Assembly: GCA_029261055.1 (NCBI GenBank)
Contig: JAJDCA010000037.1
Location: 82,818-146,817, forward strand
Length of the DNA stretch: 64,000 nt
From: Candidatus Omnitrophota bacterium
GTDB lineage: Bacteria; Omnitrophota; Gorgyraeia; Zapsychrales; Zapsychraceae
Direction of reading: 5' to 3'
Shown here: piece by piece, positions 11,180 to 21,740 of the stretch
Layout of the letters: every line of letters begins with the position of its first letter
Numbering within the stretch: position 1 is the first letter of the stretch
Position numbers and translations under genes: made by a program
Notes under the pieces: generated by a model
Database searches by the model: none
What the model was told of the DNA's origin: nothing
What the model saw: the letters and a program-made list of their open reading frames with translations, nothing else

Positions 11180-11190
11180 ACTTTACCTCC

Positions 11191-13665
11191 CTATATTGGG
11201 TTAGTGAATGTGGGATCTACTCCACGCATTCTTATTTGTACACCTGCATAAAAAACATTTGGACTTAAAGGATTGTCACTTGTTTGGTCAGCATAGTTCC
11301 ATACAAAACTATGTTGTGCGCCAACTATACCAGATGGATCTGCTGACTTATTACTAGTATCTATATTATTAATGGTGCCAACTGATTTCCATTCAGTACC
11401 ATCATCTATAGAATACTGAACCTCAACGTTTATATTTCTCCAAAATGGCCAATCAAAAGTCTCATAGTCAATTGTTACTGTTTTGTTTACTGGATCATGA
11501 CTAGGGTTTGGTCTAGCTTGTGTTCCCGAACATATAATTACTTCTGGATCATACAAATCTATTGGAACTAATCCATTTAGCTGCTTGCTATCTCTTACGT
11601 GATTTATTAGTCTCCAATTGGAGGCAGTATTAAGTTCAAACACCATTGTTCCACCATCGCTATAGTCCTCACTAAACATAACTTTCATCGTGTTATCAAC
11701 TTCATCTACAAATGCGGATATGTGATAATTTCTACATCCTGTATAGTCTAATCCACTTGAACCAACTCCAGATGGAGAATACACTCCACCACTGCCAGAT
11801 GCGAGTGGTATACCTGCCTCTCTACCAGATGCAGCATTAATGAAACCATATCCGCCAGGGTTAACTACTGTTGTTGGATATAATGATCTTACCCTGCGTG
11901 TGTATGATAAAGGTACTCTCAATTGATCAAACGCTGTTCCTTCATCGTCTAATATAACTCCACTCGTTCCAACATTCTGATCAAAACTGTTGATTGCATT
12001 TACACCAGATGCCCATGTATCAAGAACACCCTCTTGTGAGAATCCAGATGGTCCTGCCATTCCAGATGTTGACGGATAGTCTAAAGTATTATTACCATCT
12101 GGCAAAATTCCAGAAGGGAACGATAGTTCTGGAGTTGCAGAAAATCTATATGGCGCTATTTGGCTTGTCCAGTCTACTAATAATCCGCTTGGTTTTATTA
12201 TTCCGCTAGCTGGTAAAGATGAACTTTGATCTGCCCAAGTAACTCCGTCTGTTGAAGTAGCCCAAAACACACCACGACCAAATCCAGGATTACCAGCATT
12301 GTCATCTTTAGCTACATTAAAGTTAGATTTAAAATTAAGAAATGCATGTAGTTCACCATTAAATGATATTAGTTTACAACGATATGCAGAAGATCCTCCC
12401 CATGGACTACCAAGTATTGGATTTTCTGATAAAGATCCACCGAATATTCCAGAAGAAGACAATGTTTCAATTGAGGTTAAATCTGCAACCTCTCTTATTC
12501 CACCTGGCCTGACAAGAAAAATATTACCGAGATTGTTCAACATGAATATATCGCCATCATGAGAAGCTAGCGATCTAGAAGCCGGTCCACCAAATGAGTC
12601 AACCTCTCTTCTCGTTGCATAGTTTGACATTTGCGTTGGTGTTGTTCTGGTTGCTATGCCATTTGAATGAACATCAGACGCCCTTTCGTCATTTATTATC
12701 TGCATTTTGCCACCAGGACTAACACACATTAAATTATATTGAGTCGCAGCCCAAACATGACCCTTGTGATACAATATATCATGTATGTTAGTGGATAGGT
12801 CTGGCATATTCTCTTTTCCACCATTTTTAATGCCACAGTACTGATCTACATTTCCTGGCGCTCCACCAAAACCGGCCTGAAATCTAGAATCTAGTAATAT
12901 GTCTGGACTATCTAAATTTCCGCCTTCACCCTTCCATCCAGACCCAAGCTCTGCTCCATATTGCGAAACACTTGATACTGAAGATACAAACTTATGATGA
13001 GGAAATCTGGCATTCCATAATCCATAGCTGTAAGCCTCTGCATCTTTTGTTTTGAATGCCCAAAATAATCCACCGCCTGCAATTTTTTTAAATCCAAACA
13101 TCTCTTGAAATCCAGCAGGATTATAATAAAATGGCTGCATCCAATTAAAACCATCTTGCATTACAAACTGCAATAGGTCTACCCTTTGTGTTGAGTCAAA
13201 GTTTGAGGCACCATTCTCATCTTCAAATGAGTTTATTCTTGGTTGGCCTCTACCGGCTGTGCTTAACAATGGTACGTTTGGATGATATTGAAAAAAACCA
13301 GAGGCAGGTTGTCCGTATGGTTGAAATGCATATCCAATATTTCTATTATTGGTTGCACCATCTATAAAACAATTTGTTAGATGATTTCTAAACCACTCAA
13401 CCTGCACATGGCTAAATGTCATCTCATATGCTGCCAATTTTGTTGGAAATCCAGCATTATATATATTACTACCATCGTTTGCTGGAGAGGTTGGTATTCT
13501 TACATTTTGCGCAGACGCAAACTGAGTATCGTCATCGTATCCTTTTGGGTATGGCAATTGTACAGCCTGACCACTAGGGCCGAATATAACCGCAAACGGC
13601 CAACCTTCACCCTGATCCCTGTCTCTAATTCCACCTGATGCGTAGTATCTTTTTCCAGCCATCAA
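11191..13665 (-). CDS. Virion protein, paralog family B (propeller-like)
   Basis: 824 aa; STDGVTW and SIDDGTEW Asp-box-like motifs; 19 SG dipeptides. Confidence 0.7.
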   Translation of the reverse strand: MMAGKRYYASGGIRDRDQGEGWPFAVIFGPSGQAVQLPYPKGYDDDTQFASAQNVRIPTSPANDGSNIYNAGFPTKLAAYEMTFSHVQVEWFRNHLTNCFIDGATNNRNIGYAFQPYGQPASGFFQYHPNVPLLSTAGRGQPRINSFEDENGASNFDSTQRVDLLQFVMQDGFNWMQPFYYNPAGFQEMFGFKKIAGGGLFWAFKTKDAEAYSYGLWNARFPHHKFVSSVSSVSQYGAELGSGWKGEGGNLDSPDILLDSRFQAGFGGAPGNVDQYCGIKNGGKENMPDLSTNIHDILYHKGHVWAATQYNLMCVSPGGKMQIINDERASDVHSNGIATRTTPTQMSNYATRREVDSFGGPASRSLASHDGDIFMLNNLGNIFLVRPGGIREVADLTSIETLSSSGIFGGSLSENPILGSPWGGSSAYRCKLISFNGELHAFLNFKSNFNVAKDDNAGNPGFGRGVFWATSTDGVTWADQSSSLPASGIIKPSGLLVDWTSQIAPYRFSATPELSFPSGILPDGNNTLDYPSTSGMAGPSGFSQEGVLDTWASGVNAINSFDQNVGTSGVILDDEGTAFDQLRVPLSYTRRVRSLYPTTVVNPGGYGFINAASGREAGIPLASGSGGVYSPSGVGSSGLDYTGCRNYHISAFVDEVDNTMKVMFSEDYSDGGTMVFELNTASNWRLINHVRDSKQLNGLVPIDLYDPEVIICSGTQARPNPSHDPVNKTVTIDYETFDWPFWRNINVEVQYSIDDGTEWKSVGTINNIDTSNKSADPSGIVGAQHSFVWNYADQTSDNPLSPNVFYAGVQIRMRGVDPTFTNPI

Positions 13666-13683
13666 ACCTTACCTTTTGCGAAT

Positions 13684-14229
13684 TTATCTAAATTCATAAC
13701 TACATCTGTAAACATGACCACCCGCTGCACCGCCATAAACATTTGGCGGAACGTCTGTGTCTACGCTGACACTTAGATAGATATATTCAGTTACTTCGTC
13801 ATCAGATGCTATCCCACTAATCTCTGGCCAACCATCCTGCCTAAATAGATTTTGACCACTTGGTAGTGCTGTTGGTATGAATAAACCAGACGCATCTGTT
13901 AATTCTATATCCTGAATCCATGTGCCAGACGGAAATCCATTGAAAAAAAATGTACCTGTTGCATAATCAGAAAAATCTGGAATCCAGAATCTCATATTAA
14001 ATATAGCTTCATTGGCACCATTCATCGCGTCAACGGCAGCAGTAACTACACACGTAGAGCTATGTACCTTTTCGTTAGTATTATTAACATCTCCAAAATC
14101 AAGCTCTTGATCTGCCGCTGTTCCAATCTGTTTAACATATGTATCACTAGAAGTTAAGTGTCTAGATCCAGAAGGACTTACACCGCTTGCAGCCCAGTAC
14201 GACCATCTAATTGTTGGTGGAGTAGCCAT
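13684..14229 (-). CDS. Virion protein, paralog family A (stand-alone domain)
   Basis: 181 aa; SPSGSRH, LDFGD, FNMRFW, IPTALP, VTEYIY. Confidence 0.75.
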   Translation of the reverse strand: MATPPTIRWSYWAASGVSPSGSRHLTSSDTYVKQIGTAADQELDFGDVNNTNEKVHSSTCVVTAAVDAMNGANEAIFNMRFWIPDFSDYATGTFFFNGFPSGTWIQDIELTDASGLFIPTALPSGQNLFRQDGWPEISGIASDDEVTEYIYLSVSVDTDVPPNVYGGAAGGHVYRCSYEFR

Positions 14230-14238
14230 TTTATCCCC

Positions 14239-15591
14239 TTACAGTATTACTGGCCCAGTTACCTTTGCTTCGCTCAAGCTTTTAGTATACGTCCATTGTA
14301 ATGACCATTGTATGGTGTTTGAATCCTGATTTTCTGTTGTCTGCTGCTGTGTTTGTCTGAGTGTAATATAGTTAGCTGGCAACGGTCTTAGTGCATTTAT
14401 CTTACCCTCTACAAAATTCTTTAAATCCGTAAATGCAAATCCCTGTTTCCCAACCGCCGATCCTGTTATACTAAATGTTCCCTCTGTTGGGGTAGATACA
14501 TCTTGCACTACATTACCAAGAGATCTTTCAAATATTGGAAAAGATGCAAATAGTCTAATTGGTTGAGTATCTGCTACTTGAATATCAAACGTCTTTACAC
14601 CTGATGGAAGGTTGTCTGCATCATCATCTGTATATTGTGCAGTATAACCAACTGTTCCCAAGAAGCTATTTTTGGAAACACTAAAATTATTAAATTGACT
14701 AGTGTATAAAGTATCAGAGCCACCAAATTCACTGTAAACACCAGATGCATCACCTGGCAGTTGTAGTTTAATTGTATTAAATGCATCTAAAGCACGAGCA
14801 AATGCAACGTCTCCGCGCCCCAAGCCCTGTATATTTCCCTGAAGACCAACAGTAGTTATGCCGTCTTCACCTTCTTCATATGTTGCTTCTTGTACATGGA
14901 CAAAGTTGCCAGAAGACAGCGTAAACGACTCATTTACTGAAACAGAACCTTGTGCAACATCTACTGCCTCAGTTCTAAGACCCTCAAATGCTGTTGCTGT
15001 TCCACTAACAGATGCGAATGCAGGATGATTAGGTGGTACATTTCCGTAACCAACTCTACCTAAAACAAATGCTCTGGCATTAGTAACATTATTGCTTATT
15101 CCAGATCCGGCAGTATTGAGACCGACTGCTGAAATACTGTGCGTAGCATTAACTGTTCTTCTATCATCTGCCTCGTCAAAGTTCCATGCCTCAGAAAAAC
15201 TTTGTATTCCTGTATTATAAAAATCTTCTTGATAGCTGGCATTGAATGTATAATTAAGTCTATCCGCCCATGTGCCTTGTGGACTTGGATCACCTTCAAA
15301 GTTCACGTCTGAAATTTTAGGGTAAATACCACTAAGAACTGCCGAACCGTCATCGGTTATTAATAATTGCTGATTTCCAGATGCTAATGCATCGGTCAAC
15401 TCTTGGCGGCGTTGCATGACAGAGGAAAAGTTACCGCTTTCACCGGCCAATTCAAGGAATATACCATCGAATCCTATAACGTGCTGAATTCCAACTTCGT
15501 CAAGCTTTCCATCTCTTAAATAATTTGTTTGCCAATTTAATATTGGTGTTGGCACAAATTCAAAGTCACCATAAAATACTCTTATCGACAT
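14239..15591 (-). CDS. Putative distal tail protein
   Basis: Directly after the tape measure (TAATG overlap at 15591); beta-rich with internally repeated units. Confidence 0.6.
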   Translation of the reverse strand: MSIRVFYGDFEFVPTPILNWQTNYLRDGKLDEVGIQHVIGFDGIFLELAGESGNFSSVMQRRQELTDALASGNQQLLITDDGSAVLSGIYPKISDVNFEGDPSPQGTWADRLNYTFNASYQEDFYNTGIQSFSEAWNFDEADDRRTVNATHSISAVGLNTAGSGISNNVTNARAFVLGRVGYGNVPPNHPAFASVSGTATAFEGLRTEAVDVAQGSVSVNESFTLSSGNFVHVQEATYEEGEDGITTVGLQGNIQGLGRGDVAFARALDAFNTIKLQLPGDASGVYSEFGGSDTLYTSQFNNFSVSKNSFLGTVGYTAQYTDDDADNLPSGVKTFDIQVADTQPIRLFASFPIFERSLGNVVQDVSTPTEGTFSITGSAVGKQGFAFTDLKNFVEGKINALRPLPANYITLRQTQQQTTENQDSNTIQWSLQWTYTKSLSEAKVTGPVIL

Positions 15592-18500
15592 TAGAAGCCC
15601 CTTGAGTTTACAATCTGCGCTTCATTCAACCTAGTTAAAAGACCAACCACAACCTCTTTGAGTGCTGCCTGCTCTTCTCTACTGGCGAAAGTCCCAAACC
15701 TCTCCTGTAAAGAGTTATTGATTGCACTATCTAGTGAATCTAATCCTCTTACATCTACTGTACGATTTGAATCAACCTGCACTGATATATTTTGTTCAAC
15801 TAGAGCAGCGCTGTCTAGCCTTGAAATCAAGGTGTTTACTGCTGCATTTAGCGCCACTGCCATAGATTCTAAAGATCCAGTTGTGGCAGCATTACCATCT
15901 TGTGCATTTGTTTTAGGAACTGGCCTTAACCCCATACCTCTAGCCTGTGTTCTAGTCAATACAGTTTCAGATGTATTAGCCAACATTAATCGTGAACCTG
16001 GAGGCATTCCTCTTTTTTCTCTTTGTGCAGCCAACAAGAGTCCATTTATTTCTGATCCAGACAAAGAACCGCTGGCATTGTTTGCAGTGTTTGCACCGCT
16101 GGTAATTGTTGCACTGCCTAGTCTAGCATTAAGCTCTACTAGCTGGTCCACTGCTTCACTTTGTAGATTACGAGACGCGGCCAATACTTCTAAACTTCTT
16201 TGACCTAAAACAAACTGACCAGATAGCTTTTGTAATGCTCCACTAGCTAATGTTGCTTGACGTGAGAATCCAGCCTGTGCCACATTAGCACCTCGTTGCG
16301 CTGCTGCAAGATTTTCCCTAGCCTTAACCTCCTGCTCTTTGGCAGATTCTAGCAGCCCCTTGGCTATATCTTTCTGCTGTCTAGCCTCGTTCAGTTGTTC
16401 AAATGCTATTGTTACTTGTTTTTCTGCTTGGACTACAGCAACCTGCGCTGAGTCTGCTGTTATTTGCGCCAACTGCAATTGCTTGTCTTGTATGTCTGCC
16501 AATATACTTGGGTCTACACCCAGTCTTTCTAGTCCAATTTCGCTTATTGCTCGCTCAAGACCTGGGAATAGATCTGTGAATTGTGATGCTAACTGCAATA
16601 ATTCTGGTGACAAATCTGCACCCTCACCAGCAACAACCTGTTGTGCGGCACTCAATCCTGTTTGCAAATCTCCAAATTGATCAAGTGTTGCTGTGGCAGC
16701 ACGAGTACCAAGACTTTGAATAGCACTAAACTGGCTTTGGAATATATTCAGTGCTTCTTGTGCTGTATTAGCTCTAATCTCAAGGATTTTTTCTTCGCTA
16801 ACTCCGATGATGTCAGCAGTTGTGGCAGATATTTCACTAAGTGCTGCCACCTGTTCTGCAAATGACCTAAATGCTCCTGTAGAATTCAATACACTAATTC
16901 TAGCAGAGGTAACAGCAATGTTGTAACTAACCTGCGCATCCGAAGCAGCTTGTAGTGCGGTGCTCATTCTTTCCTGTGCAGAAGCAACTTGTTCAGAAGC
17001 CTGAATTAAATTGTCTTGAGCAGATTTAACTTTGTCGGCAGCTTCAGTGGCTTTATCTCTTGCTTCCTTTAATGCTTCTTCTGCGCCTGTAGCACGATCA
17101 GCACTGCTTCTCAACTGTGATAAAATTCTCTCCCTAATAAACTGAACAGCCTCTTCGTTTCTTTGAACTATTTCTTGTTCAGCTTGAGCAGCTCTTCGCT
17201 GTCTTTGAACCGGATCTCTAATTTCAGATATTGATTGAATTATTTCACGACCACGCTCAGCCACTCTTTCAAATGCCTGTAAAGTGTTTCTAACTAAAAT
17301 TGATCCCACAGCACCAAAAGTTCTTCTAGCGTCATCTGAGATGCCCTCAAGTTCATTCTGTATGACTTGTCTGAGTCTTCTTACTGACCCACCACCAGCG
17401 TCTCCGGCTCCGCCAGCATCAATACCTTGAATAAATGACCCAAGCCTTTCTATAAGTTCTTGCTGTTCATTAAATCTTGACTGCTCAGCCTGTAATGTTT
17501 GATCAATTCCATCCAGTCTTATTTGTCTTAATTGCTCTTCATTTCTTTTTAGCTCTTCAAAAGCTTGCGCCTCTAGTTGTGGTTGTAGTTTCAGCTCCAC
17601 CTCTGCCCTAAGAGCACCCTCTTGGTCGGCTATAGCAGAAGAAAGTTGCTTGGCGGCATCATCTAGTGATTGCGCAACCTCTGGAGATGCAGAGCGGATT
17701 TGGTTTGCTAATTGCTGTAATCCTTCTACATTGCGTCTAGCAGATTCTATTTGTCTATCAACATCTGCTGTAGCTGCCTGTAAGGTCGCACCCTGTCGTG
17801 CTTCAAACTGCTGCAATAGCGTCCCGCGATTTTGCTCAACACTTAGTAGATTTCGTTGTATTTCTGCCTGTGTTTGTAGTGCTGAATTTCTATTAAGTAT
17901 TTCTGCTGTTTCACCCCTTGCAACAGATACGGATTCTCTAGATTGAGCAACTATGTCAATAAATAAACCTTGTATATCTTGCAGGTTTGATCTAATGTTT
18001 CCGTCTTCACGAGCCAACTCCTGAGTAATACGAGTCTCTTGTTCTCTTAGTCTCTGTATGTTTGATTGCAGATTCTCTATTTGTTGTTCTCTAGATAATA
18101 GCTGTTCTTTTAACTTTGATTGCTTTACTAATTCATCTGTTATATTTTCTTCTCGTTCTAGGTTTAGTAATCCTTCCAGGTTTGCAACACCAGGCACATC
18201 TTGAAGTACATTTGTTGCACCTACATCACTCAATGCTCCTCCAGCTTCAGCAACCCTCTTGGCTCCAGCTTCTAATTCTGAAACTCTATCAACACTTCTC
18301 TGTATTGCATCACTGAAATCCCCTTGCGCCGCTACCGCTAACTGAAGTTCTGCAACTTGGTTTCTTATATCTTCTGTTAATTGTCCACCTTGCAATTGAG
18401 AGCGAGCACGACTTTCTGTTTGTAGATTAAAAGCCTCGATTGTGTCTTGTATCGTAACACTTTGGTCTTCCAATATGCTTCTACCAGCTTCAAATGCTGC

Positions 18501-21500
18501 CGCTAATCTCTGTGCCGAGTTGGCACTATCATCAAGTCCACGAGTGATGTTTTCAGATATTGCTAAAGCCTGTGATAATGGATCTGTAATACCTCTTAGT
18601 TCTTCTAGTCCACGAACATCAAATTCAGCACGTATTTCGCCACCACGAACTTCTTGCTGAGCTTCTGCAATCTCTCTACGAAACTGACTCTGTGCAGCAA
18701 ATTCATTTACACGATTTGAAAAATCATCAATGGCATTTTTAGATGACTCAAGCGCTCCAGATAAGTCTTGTCCGGCAGATTGCACTAGATCACCAGAACG
18801 AAGAATAATATTTTCTAGATTCAATATAGAGTCTGGATCTAAACTTTCTAATGGACCCTTTATTCTTTCTACAGCGTCTCTAAGTAGGTCTCCACCAAAC
18901 CCTTGTTGCAGGTCTCTTATCGTAAAGTTTCCTGCTGTAGCTAATGCACTCTGAAAATCTAAAGCAGCTTTACTATTTGCCTCTTCATTTTTAGCAAATC
19001 TAATTAATGCCCCACCAGCAGCTATTAGTCCGGCCAATAAGCCAAATTTAATGCTACCTGTTAAGGCACCGAACGTTACACCAAGTTGTAATGCTTGGCT
19101 TGTTGCGTCTATTCCAGCAGCGGCAAATGCATCGTTGGCGGTTTTGCCAGCTTTAAAAGAGTCTGACAGTTTATCCAATTGCCCACCAGCTATATTAGAT
19201 ATTGCACCCAGTGCCGCTATGCCAGCAAGTCTTCGTTGACCCGCAACCTGAGCCTGTCTATCTTCTGGGGCACCGGCACCACTGAAAAAGCCACCTATCG
19301 CCTGCCTTGGGTTCCTTAACGTATCTCTTAAACTGTTTAGAGATCCTGTTAATCTCTCTAAGCCTCTTCCACCTAATCCTCTTAATCCACCTCTACCAGC
19401 AGCACCGACCGCTGCTCCAGCTTGACCAACAACCTGCCTTACCGGCGTTTGTGCAATTTGTGATATTCTTTGACGTAATCCTAGCTGTTTTTCTAGTTGT
19501 AGATTTACACCACGCTCTTTACCTTCTAATGTTGTTGTACTGCTACCAATTCTTTCTAGTGTGCCTCTAATTAATCCACCAATTTGTAGAAATTGTCTAA
19601 ATCCATTTACTAGAGATGATATTATTCTGCCGCCAACAGCCAATAGTCCTGTAGCCACCGCACCTCTTAATGCACCTGATATGGTTTGCACCACTTTACC
19701 TGCATCATTGAAGCTACTGCTTAGGTCAGAAACAACCTGTAAAACTGTAGTGGTCGTGGTTAAAACGTCTGACATTAAGCCGCGCAATCGTCCAGCACCT
19801 TCTGCACCTTCTGTAGTTCCGGCTAATGTGTTTACCAATTCATCAAATACAGATACTACTTTGCGACCTTGTGCTGCAAGTGTACTTAGTTCTTTTTCAT
19901 TTTTTGATAATGCTACACCAGAAGAATTAGCCTGTAATGCAACCAACTCTTGTGTTTTGCTAAAATTGTTTAGAATACCTGCAAAAATATTGAACTGCCT
20001 ACGACCACCAACCAAAAGACCAATTTGGTTACGTTGTGCAATACTTGTAACATCAAACACTTTCGCCAGTTTGCCTAGTACAGTTACCAAGTCGTCTCCT
20101 TGACGAATATTGGCACCAAATTGATTACCAACTTCTCTAAGTCGGTCGGCATTTGAAACTGCACGAGTAAAAATTGTCTTTAATGCTGTACCAACAGTAC
20201 CAGCTTGCAATTGCGTTTCTTCTAATGTTCCGGCAATGATACCTAATAATTGCTCAAACCCAACGCCTGATTCACGAGCGGCAGATGCAGATCTTAAAAA
20301 TGCTTGACCCACTGCACCAGCGGTTGTTGCAGCATTATCAGCAGTTACAGATAATCTGTCTAAAAATTCTATCGGGTTTTCTAAACTATCTCCGAAAACT
20401 TGTAATGCTGAAGTAATTAGTCTCGTTGAATCTGCGGCGTTTAGTTCAGATATATTTGTTGCCACTAGTGCGGCTTCTGCTCGCTCAAGTGCATCTTCTA
20501 CCCCTAAACCAGCACGAACAAATGTACCAAAAGCAGTAGAAACTTCGTCAAATGATCTAGATGTATTTCTTGCTACATCAAATAATCCTTCTGAAACACG
20601 AGCTAATTCTTGTGGAGTTGCATTCAGTACTTTATTTAAGTCCTGAATAACGCTATCAAATCTAACGATACTATCTAATGTTGCACTAAACAATTGCTGT
20701 GCTGCTATGATGGCTCTAACAGAGATAAGATACTGTCCGAACCTTGCTGTTATTTGGCCTAGTCTAGCGCCGAACACTTCAGCAGAACTTCCAGACTGTC
20801 TTAATACATTAGTAAGTTGTCTGGTTGAGCGAGTAGCGGCGTCCTCTGACTGGACCAACTTTAGATTTGCTCTTGCTAAAGCCCCCGCCTCGTTCGCCCT
20901 TCTTTGGAGCTGCATCTGTTCTAAGGCAGCTCTTGTTTGTGTTGCCCTACTTTGGACTTCAGATAAACGACCTGCGGCATTGCGAAGATTGGTTGACAAT
21001 GTTGCGGATTGCGTAGCGGCATCACCAAAGGATTGACGAACTTCCGTTAATCTACTTGCAGTATTGCGTAGGTTGCTGGTTAGAGTTGTGGATTGTCCGG
21101 CAAGGTCTCTAAAGGTTTGTTGCAGGTTTCTAAACCCCTGAACCTGTCTACTAACGCCACTTAACTGAGTTGTAGCTGTTCCAAGATTTTTAAATTCAGC
21201 AGCTAGCGTTCTAATGCGATCAGGATCTATTTTGCCTATGTCAGATCCAGGAACAGTGGCACTTTGTCTTTGCTCAAATTGACGACGAGCGTTGGCTGCT
21301 AATGCATCTCCAGTACCCCTAGCAGGGGTTGTTCTAACCTCCACATTGGATAGTTGGCCTTTTAATTGTCTAATTGCCGCTGCTGCTATTTGTGCAGATC
21401 CAATAGTAAATGGTATTCTCTTGAAGCTTTGCTGTAGTGTACTTTTGCCTGATCTACCAAATGATGTTTTCTGTACTGAAAATGCAATACTTCCAAAAGA

Positions 21501-21728
21501 TGTTTTAAGTTCTCTTTTACTCTCTGCTGAAAACTTTGCTTTGCCAATCCTAAAAGCTATTGTGGAGAATGAATCTTTTATACTAGTTTTTGCTGCCGAC
21601 GAGAATGCCACGCGCTCAATACTAACTGTCGCTGCTCCAATGGCTTTAGCAATCTGTTGGCGTATAGCTTTAACATCTACATCACGAGGTTGAAATTCAA
21701 CACCCAGCTTTAGTATAAAGTCAGCCAT
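15591..21728 (-). CDS. Tail tape measure protein
   Basis: 2045 aa, A/Q/L-rich helical; TP901-type core (FDSVIQDLNKV..LDRLSVTADNAATT..GTALKTIF); follows tube and chaperone genes. Confidence 0.95.
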   Translation of the reverse strand: MADFILKLGVEFQPRDVDVKAIRQQIAKAIGAATVSIERVAFSSAAKTSIKDSFSTIAFRIGKAKFSAESKRELKTSFGSIAFSVQKTSFGRSGKSTLQQSFKRIPFTIGSAQIAAAAIRQLKGQLSNVEVRTTPARGTGDALAANARRQFEQRQSATVPGSDIGKIDPDRIRTLAAEFKNLGTATTQLSGVSRQVQGFRNLQQTFRDLAGQSTTLTSNLRNTASRLTEVRQSFGDAATQSATLSTNLRNAAGRLSEVQSRATQTRAALEQMQLQRRANEAGALARANLKLVQSEDAATRSTRQLTNVLRQSGSSAEVFGARLGQITARFGQYLISVRAIIAAQQLFSATLDSIVRFDSVIQDLNKVLNATPQELARVSEGLFDVARNTSRSFDEVSTAFGTFVRAGLGVEDALERAEAALVATNISELNAADSTRLITSALQVFGDSLENPIEFLDRLSVTADNAATTAGAVGQAFLRSASAARESGVGFEQLLGIIAGTLEETQLQAGTVGTALKTIFTRAVSNADRLREVGNQFGANIRQGDDLVTVLGKLAKVFDVTSIAQRNQIGLLVGGRRQFNIFAGILNNFSKTQELVALQANSSGVALSKNEKELSTLAAQGRKVVSVFDELVNTLAGTTEGAEGAGRLRGLMSDVLTTTTTVLQVVSDLSSSFNDAGKVVQTISGALRGAVATGLLAVGGRIISSLVNGFRQFLQIGGLIRGTLERIGSSTTTLEGKERGVNLQLEKQLGLRQRISQIAQTPVRQVVGQAGAAVGAAGRGGLRGLGGRGLERLTGSLNSLRDTLRNPRQAIGGFFSGAGAPEDRQAQVAGQRRLAGIAALGAISNIAGGQLDKLSDSFKAGKTANDAFAAAGIDATSQALQLGVTFGALTGSIKFGLLAGLIAAGGALIRFAKNEEANSKAALDFQSALATAGNFTIRDLQQGFGGDLLRDAVERIKGPLESLDPDSILNLENIILRSGDLVQSAGQDLSGALESSKNAIDDFSNRVNEFAAQSQFRREIAEAQQEVRGGEIRAEFDVRGLEELRGITDPLSQALAISENITRGLDDSANSAQRLAAAFEAGRSILEDQSVTIQDTIEAFNLQTESRARSQLQGGQLTEDIRNQVAELQLAVAAQGDFSDAIQRSVDRVSELEAGAKRVAEAGGALSDVGATNVLQDVPGVANLEGLLNLEREENITDELVKQSKLKEQLLSREQQIENLQSNIQRLREQETRITQELAREDGNIRSNLQDIQGLFIDIVAQSRESVSVARGETAEILNRNSALQTQAEIQRNLLSVEQNRGTLLQQFEARQGATLQAATADVDRQIESARRNVEGLQQLANQIRSASPEVAQSLDDAAKQLSSAIADQEGALRAEVELKLQPQLEAQAFEELKRNEEQLRQIRLDGIDQTLQAEQSRFNEQQELIERLGSFIQGIDAGGAGDAGGGSVRRLRQVIQNELEGISDDARRTFGAVGSILVRNTLQAFERVAERGREIIQSISEIRDPVQRQRRAAQAEQEIVQRNEEAVQFIRERILSQLRSSADRATGAEEALKEARDKATEAADKVKSAQDNLIQASEQVASAQERMSTALQAASDAQVSYNIAVTSARISVLNSTGAFRSFAEQVAALSEISATTADIIGVSEEKILEIRANTAQEALNIFQSQFSAIQSLGTRAATATLDQFGDLQTGLSAAQQVVAGEGADLSPELLQLASQFTDLFPGLERAISEIGLERLGVDPSILADIQDKQLQLAQITADSAQVAVVQAEKQVTIAFEQLNEARQQKDIAKGLLESAKEQEVKARENLAAAQRGANVAQAGFSRQATLASGALQKLSGQFVLGQRSLEVLAASRNLQSEAVDQLVELNARLGSATITSGANTANNASGSLSGSEINGLLLAAQREKRGMPPGSRLMLANTSETVLTRTQARGMGLRPVPKTNAQDGNAATTGSLESMAVALNAAVNTLISRLDSAALVEQNISVQVDSNRTVDVRGLDSLDSAINNSLQERFGTFASREEQAALKEVVVGLLTRLNEAQIVNSRGF

Positions 21729-21740
21729 CTCGGACCTCCG

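Noticed and set aside
7178-14229. ASG motifs as MIO cofactor precursors (as in ammonia-lyases)
   Set aside because: MIO needs a specific helical enzyme fold and a single site; here the motif is multi-copy with a variable first residue in beta-rich proteins.
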